The notes under the pieces: generated by a model
Database searches by the model: none
What the model saw: only the letters and a program-made list of their open reading frames with translations
What the model was told of the DNA's origin: nothing
Source: Bacillota bacterium
Lineage (GTDB): Bacteria > Bacillota > Bacilli > Bacillales > Amphibacillaceae
Direction of reading: 5' to 3'
Assembly (NCBI GenBank): GCA_051746745.1
Contig: JBNJFJ010000002.1
Coordinates: forward strand, 5,420 to 69,419
Length of the DNA: 64,000 nt
Translations under genes and position numbers: made by a program
Part shown: one piece after another, positions 11,214-20,696 of the stretch
How the letters are laid out: every line of letters starts with the position of its first letter
How positions within the stretch are numbered: the stretch's first letter is position 1

Positions 11214-11711
11214 TCATTTTTTATGAAATTTTATGATCAATTCAACTTCCGTTTTCCCTCGATTCATCGCTTTTGCGATCTTTTCAGGACTTTCACCTTG
11301 CGCGTAGCGGTCAATGATTTCCGCTTGATAAGATTTTTTATAAGCTACTGGCTCATCCTCAATCGCATCTACGAGCGGTGTATATTCTGGTTCTTCTTTA
11401 GTATCGGTTTCACTGGCGATCACTGTTTCTGTCTGCATATTTTCTTGATTAAAGCTAGCGCTAGCCGATTTCTCCTTTGCTTTAGGTTCCGATTGTTGTT
11501 GCGGGATATTTTGAACCACATCGAGTAAACGGTCATTCTCTTCTTTCATTTCAATCAAATAAGACATCAATAGTTGCTCAAGCTCTTTTTTCTCTTCTTG
11601 GAATTTTTGCTGCTCAGATTGATATGATTGTTGCTTTATATAGTAATGTCTTAAAACAATAAACGTCACAATATGCAATAAAAAACTCATAATTATAAGG
11701 AGGTATTCCAT
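11214..11711 (-). CDS. swrB: SwrB/YlxL-like membrane-anchored motility protein
   Basis: N-terminal TM helix, coiled coil, C-terminal HTH-like IAKAMNRGKTEVELIIKF; last gene of the fla/che operon. Confidence 0.75.
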   Translation of the reverse strand: MEYLLIIMSFLLHIVTFIVLRHYYIKQQSYQSEQQKFQEEKKELEQLLMSYLIEMKEENDRLLDVVQNIPQQQSEPKAKEKSASASFNQENMQTETVIASETDTKEEPEYTPLVDAIEDEPVAYKKSYQAEIIDRYAQGESPEKIAKAMNRGKTEVELIIKFHKK

Positions 11712-11731
11712 TTAAATGACCGACCTTTCTC

Positions 11732-13114
11732 TTATGCTCCTCGCTTCTTGATCGGTGTGATCATTATTTCACCGTCTTCTAAGTGTGCACAAGAATATTT
11801 ATACTCTTTTTTTGTGGTCTCTTGATATTTACCAAAGCACAGTTCAACGTTTGGATACAGTGTCCCTTTAGCTAACAAGCTCGCTTCATTCTCTTCACCA
11901 ATCGACACAGTTAAGGTTGCTTTTTTGTCTTCGATTTTCGCTAATTTATCTTCGGTCAGTTGTAACGTGTTACGCTGTTTAAGTAACAGAATCCGCTCTT
12001 TAGAACTAAGACCACCGGCTTGTGCCTTGGCTTCTAAACCAGCTCCTAATTTCTTTAATTTTTTCGCGTCTTCAAGAAGCGTGTCCCGTGCTAAATCGAG
12101 TTGCTTTAACAGCTCCATTGATTTTTGATTAACAGCAATCGCCACCGTTGTCTTTGTATCCATCTTATTACCAATATCTTTGGCCTCAATCGACTCACCT
12201 GCAGAACAGACACCGCCGATTATGTGGCCAGCTTGACAATAGATATGAGACTGTGCGGTACATTCACTGTGTAAAATAGAATTATTCACATTAATATTTT
12301 GTCCAGCGTGGACGGTTGCCTGATTAATGTAACCAATGTTAACATCAACCCCAGCCTCAATGAGTCCTTTCTTCATCCCAACGATTCCTTCAGATATATG
12401 AACGGAGCCACCAGCTTTAATATGACTTGCTTCAACCAAACCATATATATAGACATCACCTGTTGCCTCAACCGCATAACCTTCAGGCACGTTGCCGCGA
12501 ACCGTTACCGACCCTTCAAACTTGACGTTTCCAGTTTTCATAGATAAGTCCTCATTGACTTCATACGTATTAAACACATTAATTTTCGTATGGCCAATGC
12601 TTGGTTTTCCAATAATACTGCTATAAAAACTTAGTGTTTCTTCATCGAAGTAAACATTGTCACCTGCTTTGAATTTCACGGCTTTTCCTTGTTTTCCGTG
12701 AATGACTTTACCGTTTACTTTATAACCATTGTGTGCTTCAGTAGGTAGTGTTATAATCGCAATTTTTTCATCTTTTTCAACGGTAGGAATTTTATGTATA
12801 TCTTTAAAACTTTCACGTTCTTCTATATTAACGGTATCGGAATCTTTTGTTAAAAAGCGAATCGTGCCATCTTGACCGTCCACTGCCGTTTGCCCTTCGG
12901 CAATTAAAACAGGAAAACCTAACGCTTGATCTTTTTCAGTGATAGATTTAAGTGTCTCCTCTTTTAAGCCAGCTTGAATCTGATAAGATTTCAACCAGCG
13001 TTTTAAAGCATCTAGTTCTATTTCTTCTTCAGGCCACTCTTCATTTAATATTAGATGAGCGGATAGTTCATCTTCAGTGATGGTTACTTCAAAAAAATCA
13101 TCAAATGCTACCAC
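11732..13114 (-). CDS. FapA family (DUF342) flagellar assembly protein
   Basis: 460 aa; TGNVKFEGSVTVRGNV beta-solenoid repeats followed by a coiled coil; directly after sigD. Confidence 0.85.
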   Translation of the reverse strand: MVAFDDFFEVTITEDELSAHLILNEEWPEEEIELDALKRWLKSYQIQAGLKEETLKSITEKDQALGFPVLIAEGQTAVDGQDGTIRFLTKDSDTVNIEERESFKDIHKIPTVEKDEKIAIITLPTEAHNGYKVNGKVIHGKQGKAVKFKAGDNVYFDEETLSFYSSIIGKPSIGHTKINVFNTYEVNEDLSMKTGNVKFEGSVTVRGNVPEGYAVEATGDVYIYGLVEASHIKAGGSVHISEGIVGMKKGLIEAGVDVNIGYINQATVHAGQNINVNNSILHSECTAQSHIYCQAGHIIGGVCSAGESIEAKDIGNKMDTKTTVAIAVNQKSMELLKQLDLARDTLLEDAKKLKKLGAGLEAKAQAGGLSSKERILLLKQRNTLQLTEDKLAKIEDKKATLTVSIGEENEASLLAKGTLYPNVELCFGKYQETTKKEYKYSCAHLEDGEIMITPIKKRGA

Positions 13115-13146
13115 ATGATCGGCTCCTTTTTTTGACTGTTTTATAT

Positions 13147-13899
13147 CTATTGTAAAACATGTCGCAATTTAAAAACAGCTTGTTTATGAATTTGTGATAT
13201 TCGTGATGTGGTTAAATTAAGAACATGCCCAATCTCAGTAAACGTTAATTCATCATAATAAAATAAACTAACGACGAGCTGTTCATTTTTATTTAAACCT
13301 TTAATGGCTTCCGCGAGCTCTTCATGATGTTCTTCTCTCATCAATGCTTCTTCAGGCGTGAGCTGTTGATTATCAATAATCGAATGACCGATACCTTCTT
13401 TAAAGTCATCACTATTTTCGCCACTCTTCTCTTCAATCGATAAGAGATTACTAAACAGTTGATCTTTAATGGTATCTTCAACTTCTTGACGACTCATACC
13501 AACATATTGACCAATCTCATCAGCTGTAGGCTCACGCTGTAAACTTTGAGTCAATGATTGCATCGCTTGTTCTATTTTTTTCGTTTTCTCACGGGCAGAC
13601 CGTGGCAACCAATCTTCTTTTCTAAGACCATCGATAATTGCCCCTCTAATTCGAAAAGAAGCATACGTATCGAATTTCAAATCGCGTTCGGGTTCAAATT
13701 TATTAAGGGCATCGAACAAGCCAAAAAAGCCCAAACTTCGAATGTCATCGCGTTGGACCGTTTTTGGTAAATGTACACCAATCCGTTGTGCGTGAAAATC
13801 GACTAAGTATTGATAATGTTCGACAAGACGATTAGCTATGTCTGGACTGCGCGTGTCACTCCACGCTAACCATAATTGATCTATATTGTCTAAAGTCAC
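13147..13899 (-). CDS. sigD: RNA polymerase sigma-28 factor SigD/FliA
   Basis: KFDTYASFRIRGAIIDGLRKEDWLPR, LTTSRISQIH. Confidence 0.96.
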   Translation of the reverse strand: MTLDNIDQLWLAWSDTRSPDIANRLVEHYQYLVDFHAQRIGVHLPKTVQRDDIRSLGFFGLFDALNKFEPERDLKFDTYASFRIRGAIIDGLRKEDWLPRSAREKTKKIEQAMQSLTQSLQREPTADEIGQYVGMSRQEVEDTIKDQLFSNLLSIEEKSGENSDDFKEGIGHSIIDNQQLTPEEALMREEHHEELAEAIKGLNKNEQLVVSLFYYDELTFTEIGHVLNLTTSRISQIHKQAVFKLRHVLQ

Positions 13900-13917
13900 A
13901 GTAATCGCCTTCCTTTC

Positions 13918-14418
13918 TTATAAATCTTGCGTGCCTTGGTTCACGGTTCGCACGTTAAGCATTAAGGTTTCAGTTGAAAACTCAATGGTACGTCCACTTT
14001 TCCCTCGGACATCTTCAGCTACAATCGGGATGCGTTCTTTTTCTAAAAAATCTTTCACAGCAATCACATTGCGTTCGCCTACTCTCAGCATATCATTCGT
14101 CGAGCTAAATGAAAACATTTGAGCACCACCCGCAATTTTAGCTTTTAATTGATAGCGTTTTGCCCCTTTATCTAATAACGTTTGAAGCAAAATAGGTAAT
14201 GAGGTATCGGCGTATTTAAAGGCATTAATGTTGTCTTTTTTAGCCGAGGTTGAATCTGGTAACATCACGTGTGCCATGCCGGCAATCTTAAGTCGAGTGT
14301 CATAAATGACAACACCTACACAAGAACCTAATCCTGATGTACGCAAATGCATAGGTGCTTCAGCAAACTTTAAATCAGCAATCCCGACTTTAACAATATG
14401 GTCTACTAATGTTTTCAT
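13918..14418 (-). CDS. cheD: Chemoreceptor glutamine deamidase CheD
   Basis: TSGLGSCVGV, AHVMLP, KIAGGAQMF. Confidence 0.96.
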   Translation of the reverse strand: MKTLVDHIVKVGIADLKFAEAPMHLRTSGLGSCVGVVIYDTRLKIAGMAHVMLPDSTSAKKDNINAFKYADTSLPILLQTLLDKGAKRYQLKAKIAGGAQMFSFSSTNDMLRVGERNVIAVKDFLEKERIPIVAEDVRGKSGRTIEFSTETLMLNVRTVNQGTQDL

Positions 14419-15050
14419 TGATCATTAACTCCAAGCTTTTCAAATAAGTGATCAAACGAGTCAGGATCAGGTAACAAGAAAAAGTGACCTTTAATAGGGT
14501 CGCCTTCATCTTCATGATCATCGATTAAGGTATCAATGACCATCGCATAATCACTTACTTGGGAAATTTCGAGCAATCCTTCTGCGAGAATAGCACCGGC
14601 CATATCGATGGTGAGTAATGGAATCGATGGTTGTAAGCTCCCACCAATGAAGTCTGATAAGGCTGATAAATAAGAACCAGCTAAAATATTACCGATTTCT
14701 TGTAGAGCTGATAAAGCCATAAGATTATCCGGATTATGAACGACAGAAAAATCATCAATTCCGGTTAATTGTTTTACAAAGCTTTCCGCTTCTTCAGGCG
14801 ATAGAATAAAGAACATCTGGCCTGGTGCTTCCCCTTCAATACGGAGGAAAACGGCGGTAATAATTTCTTCAGGCCCCCCAACTAAATTCATCATTTCTTC
14901 AAAATCAACGACACGTACCGAAGGTACGTGCATGTCGATTTTCTTATTTAACATTTTTGATAAAGCCGTAGCAGCATTACCAGAACCAATGTTACCAATT
15001 TCTTTCATAACATCTAATTGTAACGCGGTTAAAGATTCGATAGAAGCCAA
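14415..15050 (-). CDS. cheC: CheY-P phosphatase CheC
   Basis: Two E-I-G-N motifs (KEIGNIGSGNAATAL; QEIGNIL). Confidence 0.95.
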   Translation of the reverse strand: MASIESLTALQLDVMKEIGNIGSGNAATALSKMLNKKIDMHVPSVRVVDFEEMMNLVGGPEEIITAVFLRIEGEAPGQMFFILSPEEAESFVKQLTGIDDFSVVHNPDNLMALSALQEIGNILAGSYLSALSDFIGGSLQPSIPLLTIDMAGAILAEGLLEISQVSDYAMVIDTLIDDHEDEGDPIKGHFFLLPDPDSFDHLFEKLGVNDQ

Positions 15051-15058
15051 ATTCTCAC

Positions 15059-15517
15059 CTACTTCTTTTCATAAAATTCTTTTAAGACATCGGTCGATAA
15101 AATCTCATCAATATTTAATAAAATAAGCAAGCGCTCATCATACTTCGCCACACCATTAATATAATCAATTTTAACCGTACCGACGGTTTCTGGCGCTGGC
15201 TCAATGGATTCATTCGGAATATCAATCACATCGTAACACGCATCGACAATCAAGCCGACATCCTTTTCATCATGTTGAATGATAATGATCCGTGTTGCCT
15301 CTGTTTCTTCTTGACGATCAAAGTTGAAGCGCTCGCGTAAATCAATCACCGGTGTGACAACACCGCGCAAGTTAAGGACACCTTTAACGAACGGCGGTAC
15401 CCCTGGAATACGTGTGATCGGCATAACACGCTCAATCGCTCCTACTAAGTCTACTGGTAAAGCATATTCTTCATCATTTAATTCAAAGACAATCGATTTT
15501 AAAAATTCTAAAGCCAT
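15059..15517 (-). CDS. cheW: Chemotaxis coupling protein CheW
   Basis: GVLNLRGVVTPVIDLR. Confidence 0.96.
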   Translation of the reverse strand: MALEFLKSIVFELNDEEYALPVDLVGAIERVMPITRIPGVPPFVKGVLNLRGVVTPVIDLRERFNFDRQEETEATRIIIIQHDEKDVGLIVDACYDVIDIPNESIEPAPETVGTVKIDYINGVAKYDERLLILLNIDEILSTDVLKEFYEKK

Positions 15518-15531
15518 TGTTATACCTCCCC

Positions 15532-17559
15532 TTACTTAATTAATGCATCCGTATCAACAATTAATGCGACTTGTCCATCACCTAAGATGGTTGCCCCAGA
15601 AATGGCAAAGACGTCTGTTAAATAGTTTCCTAGTGATTTTAATACAACCTCTTGTTGGCCAATGAAGGAGTCGACAATCAGACCTGCCATCTTTTCCCCT
15701 TGTCTAATAATCACGACAGAGTAGAAATCATCTTCTTCTGTTTCACCCGGTACATCAAAGACATCTGAGAGTGACACAAGTGGCACAACGCGTCCTCTAA
15801 AGTCAATCACAGGTTGGTGATGAGCTGAGAGGATGTCCTTTTTGTTTACAATGGCTGTTTCAATGATTGAAGATAATGGTACCGCAAATTTTTCATTTTT
15901 AACTTCTGTTAACATGACCGAAATAATCGACAATGTTAATGGTAGTTGAATGACGAAGGTTGAACCTTCATTGTATTTAGAGTCAATCGTAATATTACCA
16001 CCAAGTGATTCAATCGTATTTTTCACCACATCAAGTCCAACCCCGCGACCTGAAATATCTGAAATTGTATCGGCCGTTGAGAAGCCAGATGCCATAATTA
16101 GTTGGAAGACTTGTTGGTCAGAGTAACTCTTCGACTCTTCAAGTGTTAATACGCCGTTAGCAATCGCTTTTTTCAGTACTTTCTCACGGTCAATACCAGC
16201 ACCATCATCCGCAATTTCAATAAAGACATGGTTACCACTATGGTAAGCATTTAATTTTAGCGTACCTTGAGCCGGCTTTCCTTTTGCTTCACGCTCACTC
16301 GGTGTTTCAATACCATGATCTAAAGCATTACGAATTAAGTGAACCATTGGATCACCAATCTCATCAATCACGGTACGATCAAGTTCTGTTTCAGCACCGT
16401 AAATTTGTAAGTCAATGTCTTTGTTTAAGTCTTTAGCTAATTGACGAACCATGCGTGGGAAGCGATTAAACACTTGATCCACCGGTACCATTCGCATCTT
16501 TAAGATGATGTTTTGAAGATCACCAGAAATACGTGACATGTGTTCCACCGTTTCTTGTAGCTCATTATTTTTTAATGTTGTTGAAATCTGTTCCAATCGA
16601 CCACGGTCGATGACTAACTCTTCGAACAAGTTCATGAGCGCATCCAAACGATCAATATTGACACGGATCGTTTTACTAGAAAGCTGAGATTTTTTCTTGG
16701 TATTGGCTGTTGAGGTTGATTGTTCCCCCTCGGTTGAACCTTCATCAGTTGGCACTTTCGTCTCGTTAGTTACGGACGTCGTTTCATCTCGGTCATACGC
16801 CTCTATTTCTAACTCTTTCACTTCAACAGTGTCAATTTCAGACACTTTATTGATTTTTGCTGAAACATCCTCAGCCGAATCTTTAGTCACTAATACAACT
16901 GTGAAGCTATAATCGAATTTTTCTTCTTCTAATTCAGGCACAGATGGCGTTGATTTAATTACCTCGCCAAGTTTCTCAAGGATCTCAAATACCATATAAA
17001 CGCGTGCTGCTTTTAATAGTGTTGTTTCTTGAAGTGTCACCGTCACTTGATAATTATTAAAACCGCCCTCGGCTGATTGCTGAAGAACAGTCAGTTCAAA
17101 TTCATCTAAAGTAACATCGGTATTGACTGTTTTGTTTGTCACATCAGTCGCCTCTGATGATGAAGCAGCTGCGACGCTCTCGCCTTTTTCCATCGCTTCT
17201 AGTTGATTAACCAAGTCTTTTACATCTTTTTTACCTTCGCCTCCATCAATGATATCTAAAACCATTGCTTCCAGGGCATCTACCGCTTTAAAAATAACAT
17301 CTAACATCGCTTCATTAAGTTTGACCTTATGATTACGAATCGCATCTAACACATTCTCCATTTTATGTGTTAAGTCAGCTAAATCTTGAAAACCCATTGT
17401 CGCTGACATACCTTTTAATGTATGGGCGGAACGGAAAATTTCATTTACGATCGCAACATCTTCCGGGTTCTTTTCGAGCGTTAACAGATGATCATTTAAC
17501 GCTTGAATATGTTCTTTACTTTCCTCAATAAAAACATCTAAATACTCATTCATCTCCAT
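15532..17559 (-). CDS. cheA: Chemotaxis histidine kinase CheA
   Basis: FRSAHTLKG Hpt, HLIRNALDHG, SGRGVGLDVV; likely start MEMNEY at 17559. Confidence 0.97.
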   Translation of the reverse strand: MEMNEYLDVFIEESKEHIQALNDHLLTLEKNPEDVAIVNEIFRSAHTLKGMSATMGFQDLADLTHKMENVLDAIRNHKVKLNEAMLDVIFKAVDALEAMVLDIIDGGEGKKDVKDLVNQLEAMEKGESVAAASSSEATDVTNKTVNTDVTLDEFELTVLQQSAEGGFNNYQVTVTLQETTLLKAARVYMVFEILEKLGEVIKSTPSVPELEEEKFDYSFTVVLVTKDSAEDVSAKINKVSEIDTVEVKELEIEAYDRDETTSVTNETKVPTDEGSTEGEQSTSTANTKKKSQLSSKTIRVNIDRLDALMNLFEELVIDRGRLEQISTTLKNNELQETVEHMSRISGDLQNIILKMRMVPVDQVFNRFPRMVRQLAKDLNKDIDLQIYGAETELDRTVIDEIGDPMVHLIRNALDHGIETPSEREAKGKPAQGTLKLNAYHSGNHVFIEIADDGAGIDREKVLKKAIANGVLTLEESKSYSDQQVFQLIMASGFSTADTISDISGRGVGLDVVKNTIESLGGNITIDSKYNEGSTFVIQLPLTLSIISVMLTEVKNEKFAVPLSSIIETAIVNKKDILSAHHQPVIDFRGRVVPLVSLSDVFDVPGETEEDDFYSVVIIRQGEKMAGLIVDSFIGQQEVVLKSLGNYLTDVFAISGATILGDGQVALIVDTDALIK

Positions 17560-17575
17560 CACATTCACCTCTCAC

Positions 17576-18664
17576 TTAAACTAATTTAACAATACGCTCA
17601 CTGATCAGCGTTAAAGGCTCAACAAAATCCACTAATTTTGTTTTTTCCGCTGCTTGAGGCATACCGTAGACAACACACGTTTCTTTTGATTCTGAAATCG
17701 ATTGAGTGAACGGATGCTGTTCTTTCATTTGTATCAGCCCATTCGTACCATCTGATCCCATCCCGGTCATAATCACACTTATCAGTTCAACACCTCTAAG
17801 TTCAGCTAATGATTCAAATAACACGTCAACTGCTGGTTGGTGACCGTTTCTGTTTTCTTCTTTAGAAATACTCACGCGAAAGCCTTTACTCGATTTTTTC
17901 ACTCGCATTTGGAATCCACCCGGTGCAATGTAACAGACACCCGGATGCAGCATATCCCCATCCTCCGCTTCTTTTACCGTCACCTTTGATAACTGGTTAA
18001 GCCGATCGGCTAAAGATTTTGTAAAACCTGCCGGCATATGTTGGACAACAACAACCGGTGCTTTTAAATCTTCAGGTAACTGGGTAATCACCTGTTGAAG
18101 GGCACGTGGACCTCCTGTTGATGTCCCAATCGCCACAATCTTCTTAAAGGATTCAGGTTTCTCACCCAACGGCTTAATGGGTTGGATATTGGTTTTTTCG
18201 GGTCTTGGTACGAGCTTTTTAATCGGTAACGCTGGCATATCTCGCTTCAGTGTTTTCACTTCAACTTCAGCAGCTTCTAACACCTTACTTATTATTTCGT
18301 CTTCTATGTCTTGAATGTTTAGAGAAATAGACCCAGAAGGTTTTGGAATAAAATCAACAGCGCCAAATTCCATTGATTCTAAAGTCTTATCCGCCCCTTC
18401 TCGCGTGAGACTGGACAGCATAACAACCGGTCTTGGATCATTTGTCATAATCTCTTTTAAAGCCGTAATCCCATCCATTACAGGCATTTCAATATCTAAA
18501 GTGATGACATCTGGTTGGTGTTGTTTAATCTTCTCCAGCGCATCTTGACCATTTCTTGCGGTATCAATGACATGAAGGCGCGCATGATCTTCTAAGATAT
18601 TTGAAATCATTTTTCTCATAAAGGCGGAATCATCAACAACAAGTACATTTACTTTTTTCATCAT
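17576..18664 (-). CDS. cheB: Chemotaxis methylesterase CheB
   Basis: Receiver domain plus GTSTGGP, QHMP, MTGMGSDG. Confidence 0.97.
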   Translation of the reverse strand: MMKKVNVLVVDDSAFMRKMISNILEDHARLHVIDTARNGQDALEKIKQHQPDVITLDIEMPVMDGITALKEIMTNDPRPVVMLSSLTREGADKTLESMEFGAVDFIPKPSGSISLNIQDIEDEIISKVLEAAEVEVKTLKRDMPALPIKKLVPRPEKTNIQPIKPLGEKPESFKKIVAIGTSTGGPRALQQVITQLPEDLKAPVVVVQHMPAGFTKSLADRLNQLSKVTVKEAEDGDMLHPGVCYIAPGGFQMRVKKSSKGFRVSISKEENRNGHQPAVDVLFESLAELRGVELISVIMTGMGSDGTNGLIQMKEQHPFTQSISESKETCVVYGMPQAAEKTKLVDFVEPLTLISERIVKLV

Positions 18665-18667
18665 GAT

Positions 18668-19525
18668 CTACCTCTCTTTGATTAACTTCTTTAATTTTGA
18701 TAGAAACCCTGACTGTTTTACTGAAGGATCAGCATCAGGATCAATTAAGTAATCAGACATTAAGTCATGTATTTCTTTTGCTATCGTTGATTTTGGGTCT
18801 GAGATAACAAACGGTGTCTGTTTTGAAACAGCTTTTGATACTATTTTATCATAAGATAGCTGTCCAAGTGACACCATATCTTTTTGTAAAAATTGATAGA
18901 CGACGCGCTTTAAGCGTTCTGTTGCGATTTTCCCTTCTTTTCTTGCCTGCACACGGTTCATAATTAAATAAAATGGCACATCACTGTTGCGTGCATGGAT
19001 ATGTTTAATCATCGCATAAGCATCCATCATGGCTGTTGGTTCCGGCGTGGTGACGACAAAACATTCATCAGCCGATAAAATGTAAAATAAACTTTCTTTT
19101 GTCGCCCCTGCCCCCATATCAAAAAAGATAAAGTCATAACGGTCAAGCACATGGTTAAATTGATCAAGAAAGAAATGTATTTTTTCTTCATTCATTTGAA
19201 AAAGATCTGTGAGTCCAGAACCAGCTGTGATATATGAAAGACCATTACTCGTTGTTTCAATAACCTCTTCAATCGATAAATGTTGATTAAACATATCAAC
19301 AATGGAGTACTTGCTTTGAAGGCCAAGTAGAATATCGATGTTTCCCATCCCAATGTCTAAATCAAAAATCAATACCTTTTTTCCGCGATTGACTAAATCA
19401 ATCGCTACATTAAGGGTGATATTGGATTTCCCAACGCCCCCTTTACCGCTAATGACCGCGATAGTTTTAGCTTGTTGTGTGCCTTTATTCATTTGTCTTC
19501 GTAATTGTTGTGCTTGATCATTCAT
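18668..19525 (-). CDS. flhG: Flagellar number regulator FlhG (MinD-like ATPase)
   Basis: DQAQQLR N-terminus, SGKGGVGKS; follows flhF. Confidence 0.93.
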   Translation of the reverse strand: MNDQAQQLRRQMNKGTQQAKTIAVISGKGGVGKSNITLNVAIDLVNRGKKVLIFDLDIGMGNIDILLGLQSKYSIVDMFNQHLSIEEVIETTSNGLSYITAGSGLTDLFQMNEEKIHFFLDQFNHVLDRYDFIFFDMGAGATKESLFYILSADECFVVTTPEPTAMMDAYAMIKHIHARNSDVPFYLIMNRVQARKEGKIATERLKRVVYQFLQKDMVSLGQLSYDKIVSKAVSKQTPFVISDPKSTIAKEIHDLMSDYLIDPDADPSVKQSGFLSKLKKLIKER

Positions 19526-20696
19526 GGTGTTGTGACCTCATAATGTGTGAAGATAAGTAACTCGGTGTTGCTCGTTTGATATCATCTGGTACATCTTGAC
19601 CAGTCGTGATATAACTGACACCTAGTGATGACACTTTTACTAAATCAACAATGACACCTAGTGTGTCTGTTTCGTCAGCTTTAGTTAAAATAAAGCCTTT
19701 TAGTGGGATTTTATCAAATTGATGATAGATGCTTAGAATATCTTTCGGTTTAGCCGTTAAACTTAGCACTAAATAGGTTTCAATATCTTTTGATAAGTCA
19801 ACGATTTGACCTAACTCTCTAATGTATTTTTCATCTTTAAAGTTACGACCAGCCGTATCAACAAAAACGCGGTCATAGTCTTGAAATTTCAATCGCGCTT
19901 TTTGGTAGTCTTCAACGTTATAACAGACTTCAATCGGAATATCTAAAATTTTAGCATACGTTTTTAACTGTTCAATTGCCGCAATCCGGTACGTATCAGT
20001 TGTAATCAAGGCGACAGATTGTTTGTCCTCCATTAAGCTCTTGGCTGCTAGTTTGGCAATCGTCGTTGTTTTCCCAACACCCGTTGGTCCGACTAGATGA
20101 ATAAACCGTGTTTGGAAATTCATCACACCTGATGCTGTTTCATAAAAATAATTGGCCAGGCGGTCTTTAACTTGGCTTTTTATCTCATCATAGACAAGGG
20201 TTTGTCCTTCATTCTTCTCCATTACTGGTTGGATCAATAACTCTGCCTGTTCTTTTGAGATATCTTCGGCTAATAATTCTTGATAGACCATATCATAGCT
20301 CGGTGGAAATTGACTCTTTTGATCTGTCGATTCTTCCATCCATTTGCGCAGTGAACGTAATTCTTCAAGGACAACTTGTTGTTCTTTTTCTGCTTTAGTT
20401 TCAGTATGGATAAATGATTGCAGTGAGGCCTTTTTTTGCGCCTCTCTTTGTTGCATGTCTGGACTAGGTCGAGCATCTAACACTGTTTTTTTTCGGGGTT
20501 GTTTCTTTACTGGTACTTGTGTTTGTTTGGGATCAACCGCTGCGACGACCTCGATATTTTTCTTTTTAAATAAGCCGAAAAAACCACCTGTTTCAACGGT
20601 TTTACTATTTAAAATAACCGCATCAGGTCCAAGTTCTTTTCTCACCTGTTGCATCGCTTCAGGCATTGTTTTTGCCACATACTTTTTTAATTTCAT
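19518..20696 (-). CDS. flhF: Flagellar SRP-family GTPase FlhF
   Basis: [35 protein letters not shown]. Confidence 0.96.
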   Translation of the reverse strand: MKLKKYVAKTMPEAMQQVRKELGPDAVILNSKTVETGGFFGLFKKKNIEVVAAVDPKQTQVPVKKQPRKKTVLDARPSPDMQQREAQKKASLQSFIHTETKAEKEQQVVLEELRSLRKWMEESTDQKSQFPPSYDMVYQELLAEDISKEQAELLIQPVMEKNEGQTLVYDEIKSQVKDRLANYFYETASGVMNFQTRFIHLVGPTGVGKTTTIAKLAAKSLMEDKQSVALITTDTYRIAAIEQLKTYAKILDIPIEVCYNVEDYQKARLKFQDYDRVFVDTAGRNFKDEKYIRELGQIVDLSKDIETYLVLSLTAKPKDILSIYHQFDKIPLKGFILTKADETDTLGVIVDLVKVSSLGVSYITTGQDVPDDIKRATPSYLSSHIMRSQHHE

